Assembly: GCF_000734895.2 (NCBI RefSeq)
Contig: NZ_CP011382.1
Coordinates: 5,980,491 to 6,020,490, forward strand
Direction of reading: 5' to 3'
DNA from: Calothrix sp. 336/3
GTDB lineage: Bacteria; Cyanobacteriota; Cyanobacteriia; Cyanobacteriales; Nostocaceae
DNA: 40,000 nt
Made by a program: the position numbers and the translations under genes. This document shows, piece after piece, positions 30,595-40,000 of the stretch. Position 1 is the stretch's first letter; every line of letters starts with the position of its first letter. The notes under the pieces were generated by a model, which was given only the letters and a program-made list of their open reading frames with translations, did not search any database and was not told where the DNA came from.

Positions 30595-31218
30595 ATGGTT
30601 CCAGCGATCGCCACACAAGATGTCACCCTGGCAACTTTAGAGACAAAATTTGCTCTGAAGTTAAGTACTGATGAAATTTTCTTGACAGAATTAACAGATT
30701 TACCGTCAATTAACGAAGTTGAAAAGGAATATTTAGATAGGGTAAAACGTAATTTTCTCAGTCTGATTAAACGTCCACCCGTTTTAGAGGATGCTGTTAA
30801 ATTAGTGGTATTATCTCCACTGTTAGATTTAGCTGGTTTCTATTATGAACCATTTACAATTACGACGGAAAAATCTATCGAAATTTCTATCCCTGAACAG
30901 GAGGAGATAATTCGTGGACGTATAGATATTTTAGTAATTCAAAACCAACTCTGGTTATTAGTTGTGGAGTCGAAGCAAGCAAATATCTCTCTTTTACCTG
31001 CGATTCCCCAAGCTTTAAGCTATATGATGGCAAACCCCGATGGGGAGAAACCTATATTTGGATTAGTGACAAATGGAGATGACTTTCAATTTATCAAACT
31101 TCTCAAAGCAGATAAGTCTACCTATGCTCTTTCAGATAAATTTACCTTATTTAGAAGAGAAAATGAGCTATATCAAGTATTAAGTATATTGAGAAAATTG
31201 AGTGTAAGTAGCAGGTAG
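30595..31218 (+). CDS. HsdR_N-like PD-(D/E)xK nuclease-fold domain protein
   Basis: 207 aa. RGRIDILV...LLVVESKQ...GLVTNGDDFQFIKL fits the D...ExK core and TNG motif of stand-alone type I restriction R-subunit N-terminal-like domains. Confidence 0.5.
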   Translation: MVPAIATQDVTLATLETKFALKLSTDEIFLTELTDLPSINEVEKEYLDRVKRNFLSLIKRPPVLEDAVKLVVLSPLLDLAGFYYEPFTITTEKSIEISIPEQEEIIRGRIDILVIQNQLWLLVVESKQANISLLPAIPQALSYMMANPDGEKPIFGLVTNGDDFQFIKLLKADKSTYALSDKFTLFRRENELYQVLSILRKLSVSSR

Positions 31219-31354
31219 TTGCACAGGAATATTAGGCTAAATTATTGACTTGAAAGTTATGGCAAAAAACTCCCAAGACAAAATTTGCCAATTAGGTAGA
31301 ATTGACGCAAAACACATAACTATATAACTACAGATAATTAGCTAGAAAGAAATA

Positions 31355-31993
31355 CTAGTAATTATCATCATATTCAGCTTCTTCTACCCGCCTGACTTCG
31401 TTACGAGGAGGTAAAAATTCGGCTCTACGTACAGGAGCGATCGCCCCACCGGAACCGTTGTAAGGATGAATCACTTGGATGGTTCGAGTTGAACGCTGCT
31501 TGGGAGAGAATAAAGATAACACTCCAGCCACGACAATACCACCACCAACAGTGAGAGTTACACCACCCACTAACCAAATAATATTAGAGTTCCACCAGGG
31601 ATTAGCAGCTTGGGGCAACCGTGCAGAATTCAAGTTTTGTTGATTACTGATTTGTTGCTGCTGCTGATAGTAATTGTAGGCTTGGATTTGGGACTGATAC
31701 TGCTGTATTTGGCTTTTCAGTTGCTCATTTTCTTTTTTCAGTACCTCATTTTCCATCTTTGTCCGTTCCATAGCAATCCGCTCATCGGTTGTGGGAGCAG
31801 TGGGAGATGGATTGAGGGGCTGAGTTTGGTAGGGATTAGTATAGGTTGGGGGTTGCATTTGCGACATAGTCGGCATTTGAATCGAAGGCATAGCCACATT
31901 CGATTGTACGGGGCTACCCGTACCCTTAAGTAATAGAAGAGCGGCTAATCCAGCTACCGCAACTCCACCGATAAACGCCATACTTTCACTCAT
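31355..31993 (-). CDS. hypothetical bitopic membrane protein with P/Q-rich region and coiled coil
   Basis: 212 aa. It has an N-terminal hydrophobic segment, a PQ-rich linker, a heptad-like segment (ENEVLKKENEQLKSQIQQYQSQIQ), a second hydrophobic segment and a charged tail. No family recognised. Confidence 0.55.
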   Translation of the reverse strand: MSESMAFIGGVAVAGLAALLLLKGTGSPVQSNVAMPSIQMPTMSQMQPPTYTNPYQTQPLNPSPTAPTTDERIAMERTKMENEVLKKENEQLKSQIQQYQSQIQAYNYYQQQQQISNQQNLNSARLPQAANPWWNSNIIWLVGGVTLTVGGGIVVAGVLSLFSPKQRSTRTIQVIHPYNGSGGAIAPVRRAEFLPPRNEVRRVEEAEYDDNY

Positions 31994-32267
31994 CGCCTTT
32001 GCCTCTTAAATGCGACGTAATTACAGATACAAATAGCGAACACACTCTCACACTCATAAATTTATACCTTAATCTACTGTAGATAACAATCAAACAGGGC
32101 TATACCTGAGTATTGTTACTGATTTTTTTTATCGGCTCATATCTGCTTTATATATTCAAGACTATATCTGTTAAATTGTCTACCAAGGAAGGTGACAAAA
32201 AAATCAAGCATTAGACTTTTTTAATCTACCTTCCGGAAATTGGCAATACCTCAATAGGTGAGTGTAT

Positions 32268-33068
32268 TCAAGGAGTGGCGATCGCCTGCTTGAGACTTTG
32301 ACAAAATTCACCGATGGACTGTAACCCCTCATCTGGGGAACCTTCAGCTAATCTATTCACAAAAGCACTACCCACAATCACCCCATCTGCACCCCATTCT
32401 CGAATTTTTTGAGCTTGTTCTGGTTGCGATACTCCGAAACCTACACCGATGGGCTTATCAGTAACCTTACGAATCTCTATAAGTAAATCTGATACTCGTG
32501 TTCCCATTTGCGAGCGCATTCCTGTCACCCCGGTAACACTGACAAGATAGATAAACCCTTGGGAAGAGTTGGCGATCGCCTTGATTCTCTCAGGGGAACT
32601 AGTAGGAGCAATCAACAATATCACATCTATACCCAAAACAGCTGCGGGTTTGAGCAAGTTATCCGCTTCCTCTAGAGGTAAATCAGGAACAACTAAACCT
32701 GATACCCCAATTGCGGCAATTTGTTGGAGAAACTTGTCGATACCACGATTTAAAATCGGATTGTAATAAGTAAACAGAATAATTGGCGATCGCAACTTTG
32801 GTATCACCCCCCCCAGCATCTCTAAAACTTGATCGAGGGTGGTTCCCCGTTGTAAAGCACGAGTTGCAGCTGCTTGAATTACCGGACCATCCGCTAGGGG
32901 GTCAGAATAGGGTACACCTAACTCAATTAAATCCGCTCCCTGGCGATCCAAAATTTCTAAAGCTTGAGCAGTAGTCTGTAAATCGGGATCCCCAGCTGTA
33001 ATAAAAGGTATTAAAGCACAGTTGTTTCCCTGGGCAAGAGCCGCAAAACAATCAGATATTCGAGTCAT
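32268..33068 (-). CDS. trpA: tryptophan synthase alpha chain
   Basis: 266 aa. [12 protein letters not shown] and [17 protein letters not shown] are canonical TrpA motifs. Confidence 0.95.
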   Translation of the reverse strand: MTRISDCFAALAQGNNCALIPFITAGDPDLQTTAQALEILDRQGADLIELGVPYSDPLADGPVIQAAATRALQRGTTLDQVLEMLGGVIPKLRSPIILFTYYNPILNRGIDKFLQQIAAIGVSGLVVPDLPLEEADNLLKPAAVLGIDVILLIAPTSSPERIKAIANSSQGFIYLVSVTGVTGMRSQMGTRVSDLLIEIRKVTDKPIGVGFGVSQPEQAQKIREWGADGVIVGSAFVNRLAEGSPDEGLQSIGEFCQSLKQAIATP

Positions 33069-33190
33069 TACTTACTAGTCAACCCCTCCGGGGAATTCAA
33101 AATTCAAAATTATCAATTCAAAATTAAAGCACGACCAAGATAAACAGTGAACTGTTTGATAACTGCTAACTGATTTTATACTGACCTTCA

Positions 33191-33221
33191 TAAATGAAAA
33201 GACGACCCGTCGGATCGTCTC
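33191..33221 (-). terminator. intrinsic terminator downstream of the ndhL/DUF3007 gene pair
   Basis: The minus-strand RNA AGACGA-UCCGACGGG-UCGUCU (stem 33200-33205/33215-33220) is followed directly by UUUCAUUU. Confidence 0.5.
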
Positions 33222-33268
33222 TTCCTTATACCAATTGCTTCAATCCAAACCTTAAACATCTGACAATT

Positions 33269-33580
33269 CTACACCTGGGAACCCTTCTCTTGCTCAATTT
33301 CTGCTTGAATCTGAGCTAGTTCTTCCGGTGTGAGTTCATCTAATCGCTTCTGGAAGAAAGCTTCTTCATACAATTCTCGTTGCTTATGGTAGCTCATGTT
33401 CTTATTCCCAGCTCGCAACACGTAGGTTAGTAACCAACCGATTAACCCACCGACTAGTAAAACCTGACTCCAAATGCCGGCATTTTGGCTATCCAAACCT
33501 GCAAATTGCAAGATCACATATGCCAAACCACCAGCAATGAAGATACCAAAACTAATGCCAATTACGTCAATGCGTCGCAT
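33269..33580 (-). CDS. DUF3007-like small membrane protein
   Basis: 103 aa with two hydrophobic helices and a charged C-terminal tail. The family assignment is from memory. Confidence 0.6.
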   Translation of the reverse strand: MRRIDVIGISFGIFIAGGLAYVILQFAGLDSQNAGIWSQVLLVGGLIGWLLTYVLRAGNKNMSYHKQRELYEEAFFQKRLDELTPEELAQIQAEIEQEKGSQV

Positions 33581-33603
33581 GAGAGTTATGACCTAACCAA
33601 TAA

Positions 33604-33846
33604 CTACGCTGCTATTTTGCGTCTTCGGGGACGTAAATTCACAAACGGAGAGAGAACTAATAAACCAGGGAAGAAGAAAAACACCAAGAAGTACATAAAA
33701 GCACGTTCGATGGAACCTGCTGTGTACCAGCGTCCTTGGAGATAGAACAGCACGAGTACTGGAATAACTAATAAATATGCTCCAGCCAAAACCAGGTACA
33801 ACAGGGGTACCAGCAGTGCCACATTATTGAGTATTACATCCAGCAT
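33604..33846 (-). CDS. ndhL: NAD(P)H-quinone oxidoreductase (NDH-1) subunit L
   Basis: [58 protein letters not shown] matches cyanobacterial NdhL. I prefer the internal ATG at 33844-33846 (80 aa) over the track start 33885. Confidence 0.8.
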   Translation of the reverse strand: MLDVILNNVALLVPLLYLVLAGAYLLVIPVLVLFYLQGRWYTAGSIERAFMYFLVFFFFPGLLVLSPFVNLRPRRRKIAA

Positions 33847-34027
33847 AAATTCTTGCTCAAAATTTAGAAAAGACAATGCATGCATTTTCCATCATAGGCT
33901 GAACCTGGGACGAAATTTGCGATTTAAGATTCGAGATTTTAGATTCTAGCCATAAGTTCAATATCCCCTTTCCGATAAACTGAGAAACAAAGCTTGATTT
34001 AAGATACCTGAGAAGAGAGGATAAACA

Positions 34028-34378
34028 ATGACTTGGACAAAAGTACTGGCTGCGGATGCACTCACACCCGGTGGCAGAGAAGTGGTAAAAGTTGGCGATC
34101 GCAAGATTTTAGTTCTCAACCACCAGGGGCAATTATACGCTGTGGATAATTCTTGCCCTCACATGAAATTGCCGATGAAAAAGGGTAAAATTACTGAGGA
34201 TGGAGCCATCGCTTGCCCTTTCCATCGCAGTGTTTTTGACCTACGTACTGGTGAAGTAAAAAACTGGACACCATTTCCCCCAGTTGTAGGTAAAGCCTTA
34301 GGAATGATTTCTCCAGAGAAAGCTTTGCCTGTGTTTCCTACCCGTGTGGAGGAAGGTAGTATTTGGGTGGATGCTTAG
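34028..34378 (+). CDS. Rieske [2Fe-2S] domain protein
   Basis: 116 aa with the Rieske ligand boxes CPH...CPFH. Confidence 0.85.
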   Translation: MTWTKVLAADALTPGGREVVKVGDRKILVLNHQGQLYAVDNSCPHMKLPMKKGKITEDGAIACPFHRSVFDLRTGEVKNWTPFPPVVGKALGMISPEKALPVFPTRVEEGSIWVDA

Positions 34379-34386
34379 GTGTTTTC

Positions 34387-34893
34387 CTAGAACATACGGA
34401 ACACTGCCCAAATCAAAAATAAGACAAAGCTATCGAAAATCAAAGTTGCGATTAATTTTATCCGTCTGCTGCGACTAACTTCCATTCCAGAGAGGAAGAA
34501 ACGCAATAGTAACCAGAGGGAATACAGCTGTAGGGGAAAAAAGATTAAACCGATAACTGCTGAACGAAATGCTCTATCTAGTAGTTGCTCTGCGGGAGTG
34601 AGATATTCACTGATGTCATCATCCCTGTCATCCCAAATATCTTCCATCTCTAACTCTGTATTTTCCCTGACTGGTTCTACGGGAATCGTTAATATATCAA
34701 CTGCCCTATCTACATCTGATTGTAAAACTTTTAACTTAATCCAACCCACCGCCACGGTTAAATGCCATGCAGTGGTTGCGGTTTCATTATCTGCGAGAAA
34801 AGCTTTGACACCACTGGTTTCTAGTTGATGCTTGGCTAACTCTGCATCAATATAATTGTTATAGGTGGCGATCGTCATCAGCTTGCTGCTCAT
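34387..34893 (-). CDS. DUF2007-like N-terminal domain protein with C-terminal membrane helices
   Basis: 168 aa. The N-terminus (ATYNNYIDAELAKHQLETSGVKAFLAD) resembles the small DUF2007 signal-transducing-like domain. The C-terminus has two hydrophobic segments. Confidence 0.5.
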   Translation of the reverse strand: MSSKLMTIATYNNYIDAELAKHQLETSGVKAFLADNETATTAWHLTVAVGWIKLKVLQSDVDRAVDILTIPVEPVRENTELEMEDIWDDRDDDISEYLTPAEQLLDRAFRSAVIGLIFFPLQLYSLWLLLRFFLSGMEVSRSRRIKLIATLIFDSFVLFLIWAVFRMF

Positions 34894-34996
34894 GGTGGGA
34901 ATTCAGTCTTAATTAGGAACTTTGTTTAAATTAATGCATTGTATCTAGATACATCCCTGAGTCACCACATTTCCTGATATTTTGTTAGATATTTTT

Positions 34997-36430
34997 ATGC
35001 ATATTAATACGCAGAAGTCAAGTAAAATGCTGTGGGCAAGGGCGTTCGCCACACCGGCAGAAGAATTTCCCTTGACTCCCCTATCAGTAATTTCTGGGAA
35101 AGTTCCCCCCGGTTTACGTGGTTCTCTTTACCGCAATGGAGCGGGGAGACTAGAACGGGGTGGTATTTCCGTGGGACACTGGTTTGATGGAGATGGGGCA
35201 ATTCTGGCGGTACACTTTACTGATGCTGGGGTAAATGCTACCTACCGCTACGTACAAACTGCCGGGTATCAGGAGGAAAACCAAGCAGGGAAGTATCTTT
35301 ACGGCAATTATGGGATGACTGCACCGGGTGCGATTTGGAATCAGTGGCGAAAACCTGTGAAAAATTCTGCCAATACCTCAGTGTTAGCGCTTCCTGACAA
35401 ATTACTGGCACTTTGGGAGGGAGATAATCCCCATTCTTTGGATTTGCAAACCTTAGAAACCTTCGGTTTAGATAATTTGGGGGGATTAACTCCAGGTATA
35501 CCCTATTCAGCTCATCCCAAAATCGATGGGGAGACGGGAGAAATTTTTAATTTTGGTATTAGTCTTGGTAAAAATGCCACACTGAATCTGTTTAAAAGTG
35601 ATGTCACGGGCAAAATTATCAAAACAGGAAAAATTACCCTAGAAGGATTTCCAGTAGTTCATGATTTCGTCTTAGCTGGGAGATATTTAATCTTTTTTAT
35701 GCCTCCCGTACAGATAAATGTATTGCCAATCATGTTGGGAATTCGTAGTTATAGCGATTGTATGCAATGGCAACCCCAATTAGGCACAAAAATCTATGTT
35801 TTTGATCGAGAAACTTTCGATTTAGTTAGTCAGGGAGAAACAGAACCATGGTTTCAATGGCATTTTGCCAATGGTTATTTAGGTGAGCAAGGAACAGCGA
35901 TTATTGATTTTGCCAGATATCAAGATTTTCAAACCAATCAATATCTCAAGGAAGTGGCAACGGGAGTCACCCAAACTCTAGCAGAAACAACCTACACGAG
36001 AATATCCTTAAATCCCCAAACTGCAAAAGTTGAGCAGATAGAAAATATTATCAATCGTACCTGTGAATTTCCCATAGTTCCTCCACAAAATGTCGGTAAA
36101 TATTCCCATCACACTTATTTTTCCATTGCACGTCAAGGTACGGATATTAGTCAGGAAATATTAAACGCGATCGCCACCTTTGATCACCATACCCAAACCC
36201 TTACAGAAGCCAATTTTATTACTGGTGAATATCCCAGTGAACCGATATATGTTCAAGATAGGGAAAACCCGGAAACAGCTTGGATATTAACGGTGGTTTA
36301 TGATGGGAATCACCATAGTAGTCAGGTTTGGATTTATGATGCAGCTAGACTTGATGTTGAACCTACTTGTAAATTACAGTTACCCCAGGTAATTCCCCAC
36401 AGTTTTCATGGTACTTGGAAACAAAATTGA
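34997..36430 (+). CDS. carotenoid/apocarotenoid cleavage oxygenase (ACO/Diox1-like, RPE65 family)
   Basis: PPGLRGSLYRNGAG...HWFDGDGAILAVHF is typical of the family. The track start 34982 is a TTG; the first ATG is at 34997. Confidence 0.85.
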   Translation: MHINTQKSSKMLWARAFATPAEEFPLTPLSVISGKVPPGLRGSLYRNGAGRLERGGISVGHWFDGDGAILAVHFTDAGVNATYRYVQTAGYQEENQAGKYLYGNYGMTAPGAIWNQWRKPVKNSANTSVLALPDKLLALWEGDNPHSLDLQTLETFGLDNLGGLTPGIPYSAHPKIDGETGEIFNFGISLGKNATLNLFKSDVTGKIIKTGKITLEGFPVVHDFVLAGRYLIFFMPPVQINVLPIMLGIRSYSDCMQWQPQLGTKIYVFDRETFDLVSQGETEPWFQWHFANGYLGEQGTAIIDFARYQDFQTNQYLKEVATGVTQTLAETTYTRISLNPQTAKVEQIENIINRTCEFPIVPPQNVGKYSHHTYFSIARQGTDISQEILNAIATFDHHTQTLTEANFITGEYPSEPIYVQDRENPETAWILTVVYDGNHHSSQVWIYDAARLDVEPTCKLQLPQVIPHSFHGTWKQN

Positions 36431-36431
36431 T

Positions 36432-36962
36432 ATGGTACAAATATCAGAAAAAATCTATTCTCCGATAGAATATCTAGAGTTAGAAATTAACTCGGAATTG
36501 CGTCATGAATACATTCAAGGAAAGATTCGAGAAATGACAGGTGGAACACCTAATCATAATCAAATAGCTCTCAATGTTAGTAGTACATTAAATTTTGCGT
36601 TAAAACGTCAACCCTACCGAGTCTTTGTCACTGATCAACGTCTGTGGATTCCGGAAGAGAATATTTACACTTATCCAGATGTGATGGTGATATCCGAACC
36701 TTTAGAATTACAACCGGGGAGAACAGATACTGTCATCAATCCTTTAATGATTACAGAGGTACTTTCAAAATCGACTCGTAGCTATGACGTAGATGAAAAG
36801 TTTTCCGCATACCGTACTATTCCCAGTTTTCAAGAATATGTCTTAATTGATCAGTACAAAGTTCATGTGTCACACTTTTACAAAAAAGAGAATAATCAGT
36901 GGATATTTTCCGAATACATTGATAAAAATCAGGTGTTACCCCTAGCTTTTATCCCATTGTAA
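36432..36962 (+). CDS. Uma2-family (DUF820) PD-(D/E)xK endonuclease-like protein
   Basis: YLELEINSELRHEYIQGKI...PDVMVI...EVLSKSTRSYDVDEKFSAYRTIPSFQEYVLID is the classic Uma2 pattern. I prefer ATG 36432, located 1 nt after the oxygenase stop. Confidence 0.75.
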   Translation: MVQISEKIYSPIEYLELEINSELRHEYIQGKIREMTGGTPNHNQIALNVSSTLNFALKRQPYRVFVTDQRLWIPEENIYTYPDVMVISEPLELQPGRTDTVINPLMITEVLSKSTRSYDVDEKFSAYRTIPSFQEYVLIDQYKVHVSHFYKKENNQWIFSEYIDKNQVLPLAFIPL

Positions 36963-37029
36963 ATTTCCCTACTTGATATTTACGATAAAGTTAATTTCGA
37001 TACGCTTGAATAACTCTGGGTGTTTGGTT

Positions 37030-38658
37030 ATGATTCGTTGGTTTGCTTCATCTACCCTTGCGCGAATTGGAATATTTGCAAATATAACTGTCGGTAGTTT
37101 GACAATTGGATTCTTACCTGTACTAGTAACCTCTCCATCTCTAGGTGCAGAAAGATTAACTCTATCCTATGGAGTTTTGCAACGTTCAATTTCCATCGAT
37201 GCTTTAGATATTTATGCCAGAACAGGTAAACTAGATGATGAATTAGCTACCTATGTTCAGTATGCACCCAAGGAACAACTAGCAGAGTTTCGCAAAGCTT
37301 TATTAACTCCCGTTCCTCTCAAGACATTAGAAATATCTCAATTTTTATATACACCCACAGGGGAAAGACTATTAAAGAGAATATCAGAAATTATTCAGGG
37401 TGAGTCGCCCACAAATAAACAGATTCAGGGAATTCGAGCAGCGCTAATTTTAGCAAGTGCAGATAAGGAAGGATTAACCCTCTTAAACCTATTGCATAAA
37501 TTCCCATCACGGGAAATGTCTATTAACCTTGCCAAATGCTTAGATTTGGTAGGTGCATTTAATAGTTTAATGAATCAAAGTCAGGGAGCGATCGCCCAAA
37601 TTAATCAAGAATTTCTGGAGAAAGTTAATAATTCCTCCCTCGCAACCAATTCCTTCCCCCTAGATTTACGCAAGGGAGGTACTTTTAGTTGGGAGCAAAA
37701 AAGCATTAAATTAAGCAGAAATAGCGAGCGCATTTTTCCAGTAGATATTTATATCCCTGAAAGTACCACACCCCGTCCAGTAATTATTATCTCCCATGGA
37801 CTCGGCAATGATAGAAGTAGTTTCGCATACTTGGCAAAACGTTTAGCTTCCTATGGTTTCGTGGTTGCAGTACCTGAGCATCCAGGAAGTGATAACAAGC
37901 AACTTCAAGGTTTATTATCAGGAATCTCCTCAGAAGTAACTCCCCCCCAGGAATTCATCGAACGTCCTTTAGACATCCAATTTCTCTTAGATGAGTTAAC
38001 CAGACTGAATCAATCTAATGATAGAAATTTTCGTCAACGTTTCAACTTGCAACAAGTGGGTGTGATTGGGCAATCCTTTGGCGGTTATACAGCTTTAGCT
38101 CTGGCAGGGGCACCTCTCAATTTTACCAAAATTCGTGCTAGTTGCCCTCCTAGTGATAACTCTTTAAATATTTCCCTGCTTTTGCAATGTTTAGCAGTCA
38201 GACTAGAGCCTAAAAATTATAACTTGACAGACTCCAGAATCAAAGCCGCGATCGCCATTAACCCATTGACTAGTGTTGTCATGGGTAAAGAAAGTCTCAA
38301 TCAAATCAAAATACCCGTGATGCTGGTTTCTGGAAGTATTGATACTGTTACTCCTGCACTTCCTGAACAAATCCAACCTTTCTCATGGTTACAAACTCCA
38401 TCGAAATACTTGGTATTAATTAATAATGGTACTCACTTCTCTACTATTCTCGATTCTCCTGATGCAAGTATTCCTATCCCAGAAGCTTTATTAGGTAAAA
38501 ATCGTAGTTTTGCCCGTCTCTATGTCAATGTTCTCAGTGTTGCTTTTATGCAAAGCTTCGTTAACAATGACTCTTCCTATCAAGGTTATTTAAGTCCAGA
38601 ATATGTCAATAGTGTTAGCCAAGTAGCCATGCCAATTAGTATTTTAGAACAGCGATAA
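37030..38658 (+). CDS. alpha/beta hydrolase with DUF1400-like N-terminal domain
   Basis: Nucleophile elbow GQSFGG and IISHGLG. The N-terminal domain (SISIDALDIYARTGKLDDELA) is like DUF1400. The track start 36973 is a TTG; the first ATG is at 37030. Confidence 0.7.
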   Translation: MIRWFASSTLARIGIFANITVGSLTIGFLPVLVTSPSLGAERLTLSYGVLQRSISIDALDIYARTGKLDDELATYVQYAPKEQLAEFRKALLTPVPLKTLEISQFLYTPTGERLLKRISEIIQGESPTNKQIQGIRAALILASADKEGLTLLNLLHKFPSREMSINLAKCLDLVGAFNSLMNQSQGAIAQINQEFLEKVNNSSLATNSFPLDLRKGGTFSWEQKSIKLSRNSERIFPVDIYIPESTTPRPVIIISHGLGNDRSSFAYLAKRLASYGFVVAVPEHPGSDNKQLQGLLSGISSEVTPPQEFIERPLDIQFLLDELTRLNQSNDRNFRQRFNLQQVGVIGQSFGGYTALALAGAPLNFTKIRASCPPSDNSLNISLLLQCLAVRLEPKNYNLTDSRIKAAIAINPLTSVVMGKESLNQIKIPVMLVSGSIDTVTPALPEQIQPFSWLQTPSKYLVLINNGTHFSTILDSPDASIPIPEALLGKNRSFARLYVNVLSVAFMQSFVNNDSSYQGYLSPEYVNSVSQVAMPISILEQR

Positions 38659-38767
38659 ACCCAAGTCATTGTTATATCTTAAATTCAGTAGGAAATATTC
38701 ATTTTTATCTATGAATTGTATTGAATAAGGATATATTTACTAGAGGTATTTACAAGTAATATTTTCT

Positions 38768-38945
38768 GTAAAAATAGACAGTATATTGTATAATATCTGT
38801 CAAAATTTTGCCAGTTTTTTCTTTGAATTCATTGGGGAATTATCAGAAAATGCTCGATGATTTTGATTCTGTTGAAATCAAGCAAACAGCATTGAGAATT
38901 GATGGTGTTTTTCTCCCAGGTGTGTCTAAAACCCTATTTACAAGA
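38768..38945 (+). pseudogene. decayed 5' fragment of an Rpn-family/DUF2887 (PD-(D/E)xK putative transposase) gene
   Basis: The frame from 38768 reads (V)KIDSILYNICQNFASFFFEFIGELSENAR then a stop. A +1 frame continues LDDFDSVEIKQTALRIDGVFLP, and a third frame gives NPIY. Together these mirror the conserved N-terminus of the family (MKTDSIFY..FQ.FPS.FFELIGE...SVE.KQ.AFRIDGVFLP...NPIYF). The start codon is lost, there are at least two frameshifts, and the 3' end is truncated. Confidence 0.55.
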
Positions 38946-39149
38946 GGAATTCCCTAGTCAGCAGTCAGGTTGTCAAGAAAGTAGCGCTATCCCAGCTAGG
39001 GTAAGATGCGAGTCATACTCAGAACTCTCTGCAAAAGTCGGGGAACTAAAGACTGATATTCACGGAAAATTTCTGACTTTACTGAAATCAAGCCCAGTTC
39101 TAGTTTATATTTATTAACCGTCTAGGTTTATCAGCAAAAACAAATTTTC

Positions 39150-39854
39150 ATGAACGCAGCAGACGATAAAACAATTGTTAAAGATTATTTCAATTCCACA
39201 GGTTTTGACCGTTGGCAACGTATCTATGGTGACGGGGAAGTCAATAAAGTCCAGCTGGATATCCGCACTGGACATCAACGCACGGTAGATACGGTGATTT
39301 CTTGGTTACAAGCTGACGGCAATTTATCGGAATTGACTATCTGTGATGCTGGGTGTGGTGTGGGTAGTCTCAGCATTCCCCTCGCAGAAGCTGGTGCAAA
39401 GGTCTATGCCAGCGACATTTCTGAGAAAATGGTAGAAGAGGGTAGGGAAAGGGCGGTAAAAGTGTTAGGGAATGCTGACAATCCCACCTTTGCTGTGCAA
39501 GATTTGGAAACCCTGAGTGGTAGTCACCATACGGTTATTTGCTTGGATGTATTGATTCATTACCCCCAGGATAAAGCTGATGAGATGATTTCTCACCTTT
39601 GTTCTTTGGCACAATCACGGGTAATTCTCAGCTTTGCTCCTAAAACCTGTGCTTTGACTATTCTCAAGAAAATTGGCACATTTTTCCCTGGTGCAAGTAA
39701 AACTACTCGTGCATATTTACATCGGGAAGCGGATGTGGTGAAGATTTTAGAAAAGAATGGTTTTACGGTTCAGCGTCAAGCTTTAACTAAGACTCGTTTT
39801 TATTTCTCTCGTTTGCTAGAAGCAACTCGTAGTGAAGGGGATACAAACAAATAA
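39150..39854 (+). CDS. chlM: magnesium-protoporphyrin IX O-methyltransferase
   Basis: 234 aa. VKDYFNSTGFDRWQRIYG and the SAM motif ICDAGCGVGSL are canonical ChlM. Confidence 0.95.
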   Translation: MNAADDKTIVKDYFNSTGFDRWQRIYGDGEVNKVQLDIRTGHQRTVDTVISWLQADGNLSELTICDAGCGVGSLSIPLAEAGAKVYASDISEKMVEEGRERAVKVLGNADNPTFAVQDLETLSGSHHTVICLDVLIHYPQDKADEMISHLCSLAQSRVILSFAPKTCALTILKKIGTFFPGASKTTRAYLHREADVVKILEKNGFTVQRQALTKTRFYFSRLLEATRSEGDTNK

Positions 39855-39867
39855 ATTATTTTATGTG

Positions 39868-39895
39868 GTTGGGTAAGCAAGAACACTTACCCAAC
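39868..39895 (+). terminator. 10 bp perfect hairpin downstream of chlM
   Basis: gttgggtaag-8 nt-cttacccaac begins 14 nt after the chlM stop. No T-run follows. Confidence 0.4.
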
Positions 39896-40000
39896 TGCAA
39901 GGAATATAAATACCCGTGCCATATCTAGAATTTGAGGCAATTTTAGATTAATAATTGACCGATTTATGCAGTTATTAACATTACTTTTCTAGCTCAACAA

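Noticed and set aside
32233-32238. TCCGGA, a DIF1-like heterocyst promoter motif, about 240 nt upstream of the 31355-31993 gene.
   Set aside because: A palindromic 6-mer is expected by chance several times in 40 kb. There is no convincing -10 element at the right spacing.
38899-39117. A 72 aa ORF upstream of chlM.
   Set aside because: It overlaps the decayed DUF2887/Rpn pseudogene debris in a different frame. It has no SD and no family resemblance.

Overview
This window looks like a filamentous, heterocyst-forming cyanobacterium (Nostocales-like). The evidence is about 30 copies of the HIP1 octamer GCGATCGC counted by eye, heptameric STRR tracts in most intergenic spacers, and hesA/hesB/fdxN gene content. 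Positions 1-15259 (minus strand) hold one contiguous Mo-nitrogenase cluster: nifB-fdxN-nifS-nifU-nifH-nifD-nifK-(Mo-nitro_C orf)-nifE-nifN-nifX-(DUF269)-(DUF683)-nifW-hesA-(small orf)-hesB. Neither nifD nor fdxN carries an excision element. A 1.5 kb ORF-poor spacer separates nifB from a divergent plus-strand group (16813-21709): nifP/cysE, two small conserved orfs, nifV-nifZ-nifT and a [2Fe-2S] protein. The remainder (21.7-40 kb) is mixed housekeeping: crtO, hrcA, rhodanese, a DUF3352 lipoprotein, a GDT1/UPF0016 Mn-exporter homolog, trpA, ndhL, a Rieske protein, a carotenoid oxygenase, Uma2, an alpha/beta hydrolase and chlM. I saw no rRNA, tRNA, CRISPR array or intact mobile element. I did not find a convincing multi-gene novel system. 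The best leads are: (1) what I read as a yybP-ykoY Mn riboswitch with a translational platform upstream of the Mn-exporter homolog, (2) an orphan protein with a nucleoside-deoxyribosyltransferase/TIR-like C-terminal signature, (3) the long nifB upstream spacer, and (4) structured, repeat-laden nif intergenic spacers. Family names come from my recognition of the translated sequences, not from database searches.
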